From Carpediemonas membranifera BICM (lineage: Eukaryota > Protista > Fornicata), in assembly GCA_019828565.1 (NCBI GenBank), contig JAHDYR010000061.1:1-46357 (forward strand): a DNA stretch of 46,357 nucleotides, read 5' to 3'. The notes below the pieces were generated by a model, which saw nothing but the letters and a program-made list of their open reading frames with translations, was not told the origin of the DNA and made no database searches. Position 1 is the first letter of the stretch. The number at the start of each line of letters is the position of its first letter. Both the position numbers and the translations under genes were made by a program. This document shows positions 41,879 through 46,357 of this stretch, one piece after another.

Positions 41879-44800
41879 GCGTCCTCTCCCTCATAAATCT
41901 GAATCATCTTCTTGTCTTGCTCCCGATGTTGTCATTGCTGTTTTCGTGTCCACAAGCATTCCAGTCTCATTATAATGTTTATTCAGTACCAAATCATCCT
42001 TTAGTGACGGGCATTCTCATCTGCATTGCCGAGAAAAAGAGTTGATGTTGATTAGATGGTGACGAATGCATTACCGGACATTTGACGCGCACAACCTGCT
42101 TAATACTGCATAAAAGCATCGCTGATCGCTTTCTCTTCTGTTCTTCAACGCCCAAGGAGCGGCTTCCAGGTCGGCAACGGTTGCCGACCTGGACCCGTGC
42201 AGTTTATGCTTTTTCGGCCAACCGACGAAGTCAAGCTTAGCCAAGACACATACTGTGTACACGGACCCTGGCAGGCTAGTTACGCCGCTCAGCCTCTGCA
42301 TCCAGTTGATAATCACTCGCCATTTACTTCTGGTGCTTTTCCTGCTCTCTCTTCTCCATCACGTCGTCATACTCGGCCCTCGTCAGCCTCACAGTTGTCA
42401 TCCCGGCATCACGGATGTGCTCAAAGGCCTCAACGGGCAGCTTCGGCATCCCGTCCTCGCTGTCGCTGCTGCTGCCCAAGTCTGACTCGCTCTCGTGATA
42501 GCGGCGAAGGCGAATGCGTCTGCTGGGCTCCCTGGTCTTCATAGCGTCATAGAGCGGAGCGAGCCCACTTCCATTGGCCCCGCTACGGACACCCTCATCG
42601 GTATCTCTCTCAGACATATCACACTCAACCTGTTGTGACTGAACAAATGACAGGTTGTCGACGAGGCTATCCTCGGCATCGCTGTCTGAACTCTCCTCAT
42701 CCTCCCACTCTCCTTCCAGCATCTCCAACCCGGCCTCATCGTCAAACTCGCCCTCCACTGCGGTCTCCGGCATCTCTGCCTCGCCAGCTGTCTCGTCAAA
42801 CAGCGCCTCATCGTCAGACTCACCCTCCCCGTGTCGACCCCATCGGGATTACGCTGGTCGTGGAGCTGGACCATCCTCATCCTGAGCTTTTTTGTAAAGC
42901 CACCAGGTCGGCAGAGCTTAAGGTAATCCTGGCGCCCTCATCCTGGCGCCTCATCCCTGGCGCCGTCATCCCTGGCGTCCTCTCCCTCATAAATCTGAAT
43001 CATCTTCTTGTCTTGCTCCCGATGTTGTCATTGCTGTTTTCGTGTCCACAAGCATTCCAGTCTCATTATAATGTTTATTCAGTACCAAATCATCCTTTAG
43101 TGACGGGCATTCTCATCTGCATTGCCGAGAAAAAGAGTTGATGTTGATTAGATGGTGACGAATGCATTACCGGACATTTGACGCGCACAACCTGCTTAAT
43201 ACTGCATAAAAGCATCGCTGATCGCTTTCTCTTCTGTTCTTCAACGCCCAAGGAGCGGCTTCCAGGTCGGCAACGGTTGCCGACCTGGACCCGTGCAGTT
43301 TATGCTTTTTCGGCCAACCGACGAAGTCAAGCTTGGCCAAGACACATACTGTGTACACGGACCCTGGCAGGCTAGTTACGCCGCTCAGCCTCTGCATCCA
43401 GTTGATAATCACTCGCCATTTACTTCTGGTGCTTTTCCTGCTCTCTCTTCTCCATCACGTCGTCATACTCGGCCCTCGTCAGCCTCACAGTTGTCATCCC
43501 GGCATCACGGATGTGCTCAAAGGCCTCAACGGGCAGCTTCGGCATCCCGTCCTCGCTGTCGCTGCTGCTGCCCAAGTCTGACTCGCTCTCGTGATAGCGG
43601 CGAAGGCGAATGCGTCTGCTGGGCTCCCTGGTCTTCATAGCGTCATAGAGCGGAGCGAGCCCACTTCCATTGGCCCCGCTACGGACACCCTCATCGGTAT
43701 CTCTCTCAGACATATCACACTCAACCTGTTGTGACTGAACAAATGACAGGTTGTCGACGAGGCTATCCTCGGCATCGCTGTCTGAACTCTCCTCATCCTC
43801 CCACTCTCCTTCCAGCATCTCCAACCCGGCCTCATCGTCAAACTCGCCCTCCACTGCGGTCTCCGGCATCTCTGCCTCGCCAGCTGTCTCGTCAAACAGC
43901 GCCTCATCGTCAGACTCACCCTCCCCGTGTCGACCCCATCGGGATTACGCTGGTCGTGGAGCTGGACCATCCTCATCCTGAGCTTTTTGTAAAGCCACCA
44001 GGTCGGCAGAGCTTAAGGTAATCCTGGCGCCCTCATCCTGGCGCCTCATCCCTGGCGCCGTCATCCCTGGCGTCCTCTCCCTCATAAATCTGAATCATCT
44101 TCTTGTCTTGCTCCCGATGTTGTCATTGCTGTTTTCGTGTCCACAAGCATTCCAGTCTCATTATAATGTTTATTCAGTACCAAATCATCCTTTAGTGACG
44201 GGAATTCTCATCTGCATTGCCGAGAAAAAGAGTTGATGTTGATTAGATGGTGACGAATGCATTACCGGACATTTGACGCGCACAACCTGCTTAATACTGC
44301 ATAAAAAGCATCGCTGATCGCTTTCTCTTCTGTTCTTCAACGCCCAAGGAGCGGCTTCCAGGTCGGCAACGGTTGCCGACCTGGACCCGTGCAGTTTATG
44401 CTTTTTCGGCCAACCGACGAAGTCAAGCTTGGCCAAGACACATACTGTGTACACGGACCCTGGCAGGCTAGTTACGCCGCTCAGCCTCTGCATCCAGTTG
44501 ATAATCACTCGCCATTTACTTCTGGTGCTTTTCCTGCTCTCTCTTCTCCATCACGTCGTCATACTCGGCCCTCGTCAGCCTCACAGTTGTCATCCCGGCA
44601 TCACGGATGTGCTCAAAGGCCTCAACGGGCAGCTTCGGCATCCCGTCCTCGCTGTCGCTGCTGCTGCCCAAGTCTGACTCGCTCTCGTGATAGCGGCGAA
44701 GGCGAATGCGTCTGCTGGGCTCCCTGGTCTTCATAGCGTCATAGAGCGGAGCGAGCCCACTTCCATTGGCCCCGCTACGGACACCCTCATCGGTATCTCT

Positions 44801-46357
44801 CTCAGACATATCACACTCAACCTGTTGTGACTGAACAAATGACAGGTTGTCGACGAGGCTATCCTCGGCATCGCTGTCTGAACTCTCCTCATCCTCCCAC
44901 TCTCCTTCCAGCATCTCCAACCCGGCCTCATCGTCAAACTCGCCCTCCACTGCGGTCTCCGGCATCTCTGCCTCGCCAGCTGTCTCGTCAAACAGCGCCT
45001 CATCGTCAGACTCACCCTCCCCCGTGTCGACCCCATCGGGATTACGCTGGTCGTGGAGCTGGACCATCCTCATCCTGAGCTTTTTGTAAAGCCACCAGGT
45101 CGGCAGAGCTTAAGGTAATCCTGGCGCCCTCATCCTGGCGCCTCATCCCTGGCGCCGTCATCCCTGGCGTCCTCTCCCTCATAAATCTGAATCATCTTCT
45201 TGTCTTGCTCCCCGATGTTGTCATTGCTGTTTTCGTGTCCACAAGCATTCCAGTCTCATTATAATGTTTATTCAGTACCAAATCATCCTTTAGTGACGGG
45301 CATTCTCATCTGCATTGCCGAGAAAAAGAGTTGATGTTGATTAGATGGTGACGAATGCATTACCGGACATTTGACGCGCACAACCTGCTTAATACTGCAT
45401 AAAAGCATCGCTGATCGCTTTCTCTTCTGTTCTTCAACGCCCAAGGAGCGGCTTCCAGGTCGGCAACGGTTGCCGACCTGGACCCGTGCAGTTTATGCTT
45501 TTTCGGCCAACCGACGAAGTCAAGCTTGGCCAAGACACATACTGTGTACACGGACCCTGGCAGGCTAGTTACGCCGCTCAGCCTCTGCATCCAGTTGATA
45601 ATCACTCGCCATTTACTTCTGGTGCTTTTCCTGCTCTCTCTTCTCCATCACGTCGTCATACTCGGCCCTCGTCAGCCTCACAGTTGTCATCCCGGCATCA
45701 CGGATGTGCTCAAAGGCCTCAATGGGCAGCTTCGGCATCCCGTCCTCGCTGTCGCTGCTGCTGCCCAAGTCTGACTCGCTCTCGTGATAGCGGCGAAGGC
45801 GAATGCGTCTGCTGGGCTCCCTGGTCTTCATAGCGTCATAGAGCGGAGCGAGCCCACTTCCATTGGCCCCGCTACGGACACCCCTCATCGGTATCTCTCT
45901 CAGACATATCACACTCAACCTGTTGTGACTGAACAAATGACAGGTTGTCGACGAGGCTATCCTCGGCATCGCTGTCTGAACTCTCCTCATCCTCCCACTC
46001 TCCTTCCAGCATCTCCAACCCGGCCTCATCGTCAAACTCGCCCCTCCACTGCGGTCTCCGGCATCTCTGCCTCGCCAGCTGTCTCGTCAAACAGCGCCTC
46101 ATCGTCAGACTCACCCTCCCCGTGTCGACCCCATCGGGATTACGCTGGTCGTGGAGCTGGACCATCCTCATCCTGAGCTTTTTGTAAAGCCACCAGGTCG
46201 GCAGAGCTTAAGGTAATCCTGGCGCCCTCATCCTGGCGCCTCATCCCTGGCGCCGTCATCCCTGGCGTCCTCTCCCTCATAAATCTGAATCATCTTCTTG
46301 TCTTGCTCCCGATGTTGTCATTGCTGTTTTCGTGTCCACAAGCATTCCAGTCTCATT
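41879..46357. repeat. Tandem array of ~1096-bp units (at least 4.1 copies, open at the window end)
   Basis: Units start at 41879, 42975, 44070, 45167 and 46265, differing mostly by homopolymer length. Confidence 0.97.
44516..45073 (-). CDS. Highly acidic low-complexity ORF carried in each tandem unit (also 42324-42773, 43420-43869; broken at 45613-46171)
   Basis: 149-185 aa, D/E-rich; start uncertain because a C-run differs between copies. Confidence 0.45.
   Translation of the reverse strand: MRMVQLHDQRNPDGVDTGEGESDDEALFDETAGEAEMPETAVEGEFDDEAGLEMLEGEWEDEESSDSDAEDSLVDNLSFVQSQQVECDMSERDTDEGVRSGANGSGLAPLYDAMKTREPSRRIRLRRYHESESDLGSSSDSEDGMPKLPVEAFEHIRDAGMTTVRLTRAEYDDVMEKREQEKHQK

Overview
Eukaryotic, probably protist, repeat-rich DNA; one 29-nt GT-AG intron is directly supportable. 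No housekeeping genes, rRNA, tRNA or CRISPR array were found. Most of the window is nested, rearranged copies of an apparent family of very large cut-and-paste DNA transposons. Each element opens with a CATACTGT(C/G)AA terminus followed by three precisely spaced palindromes, a long hairpin about 256 nt inside, a small ORF, and a PHD+FYVE-like zinc-finger gene head-to-head with an ~850-aa DDE transposase-like gene (motifs resemble the CACTA/Chapaev/Transib-RAG1 group). Recurrent cargo looks like a chromatin and RNA toolkit: SET-domain (3), chromodomain-like (3 plus a truncated copy), OTU-like protease (2), HEPN RNase-like (2 plus a duplicate), apparently catalytically dead tyrosine-recombinase-fold (2 plus a pseudogene) and an unknown family (3). 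Matched ends at 7674 and 37067 delimit a candidate 29.4-kb element with no visible target-site duplication. A second subfamily end is nested at 15127, and an internally deleted inverted derivative ends at 5676. Also present: retroelement remnants (5677-7673), hairpin-ended modules with minisatellite arrays, a ~3-kb inverted duplication, and a ~1096-bp tandem array running off the right edge. Many frameshifts lie in homopolymers and may be assembly errors. All family assignments come from motif recognition by eye, not database searches.
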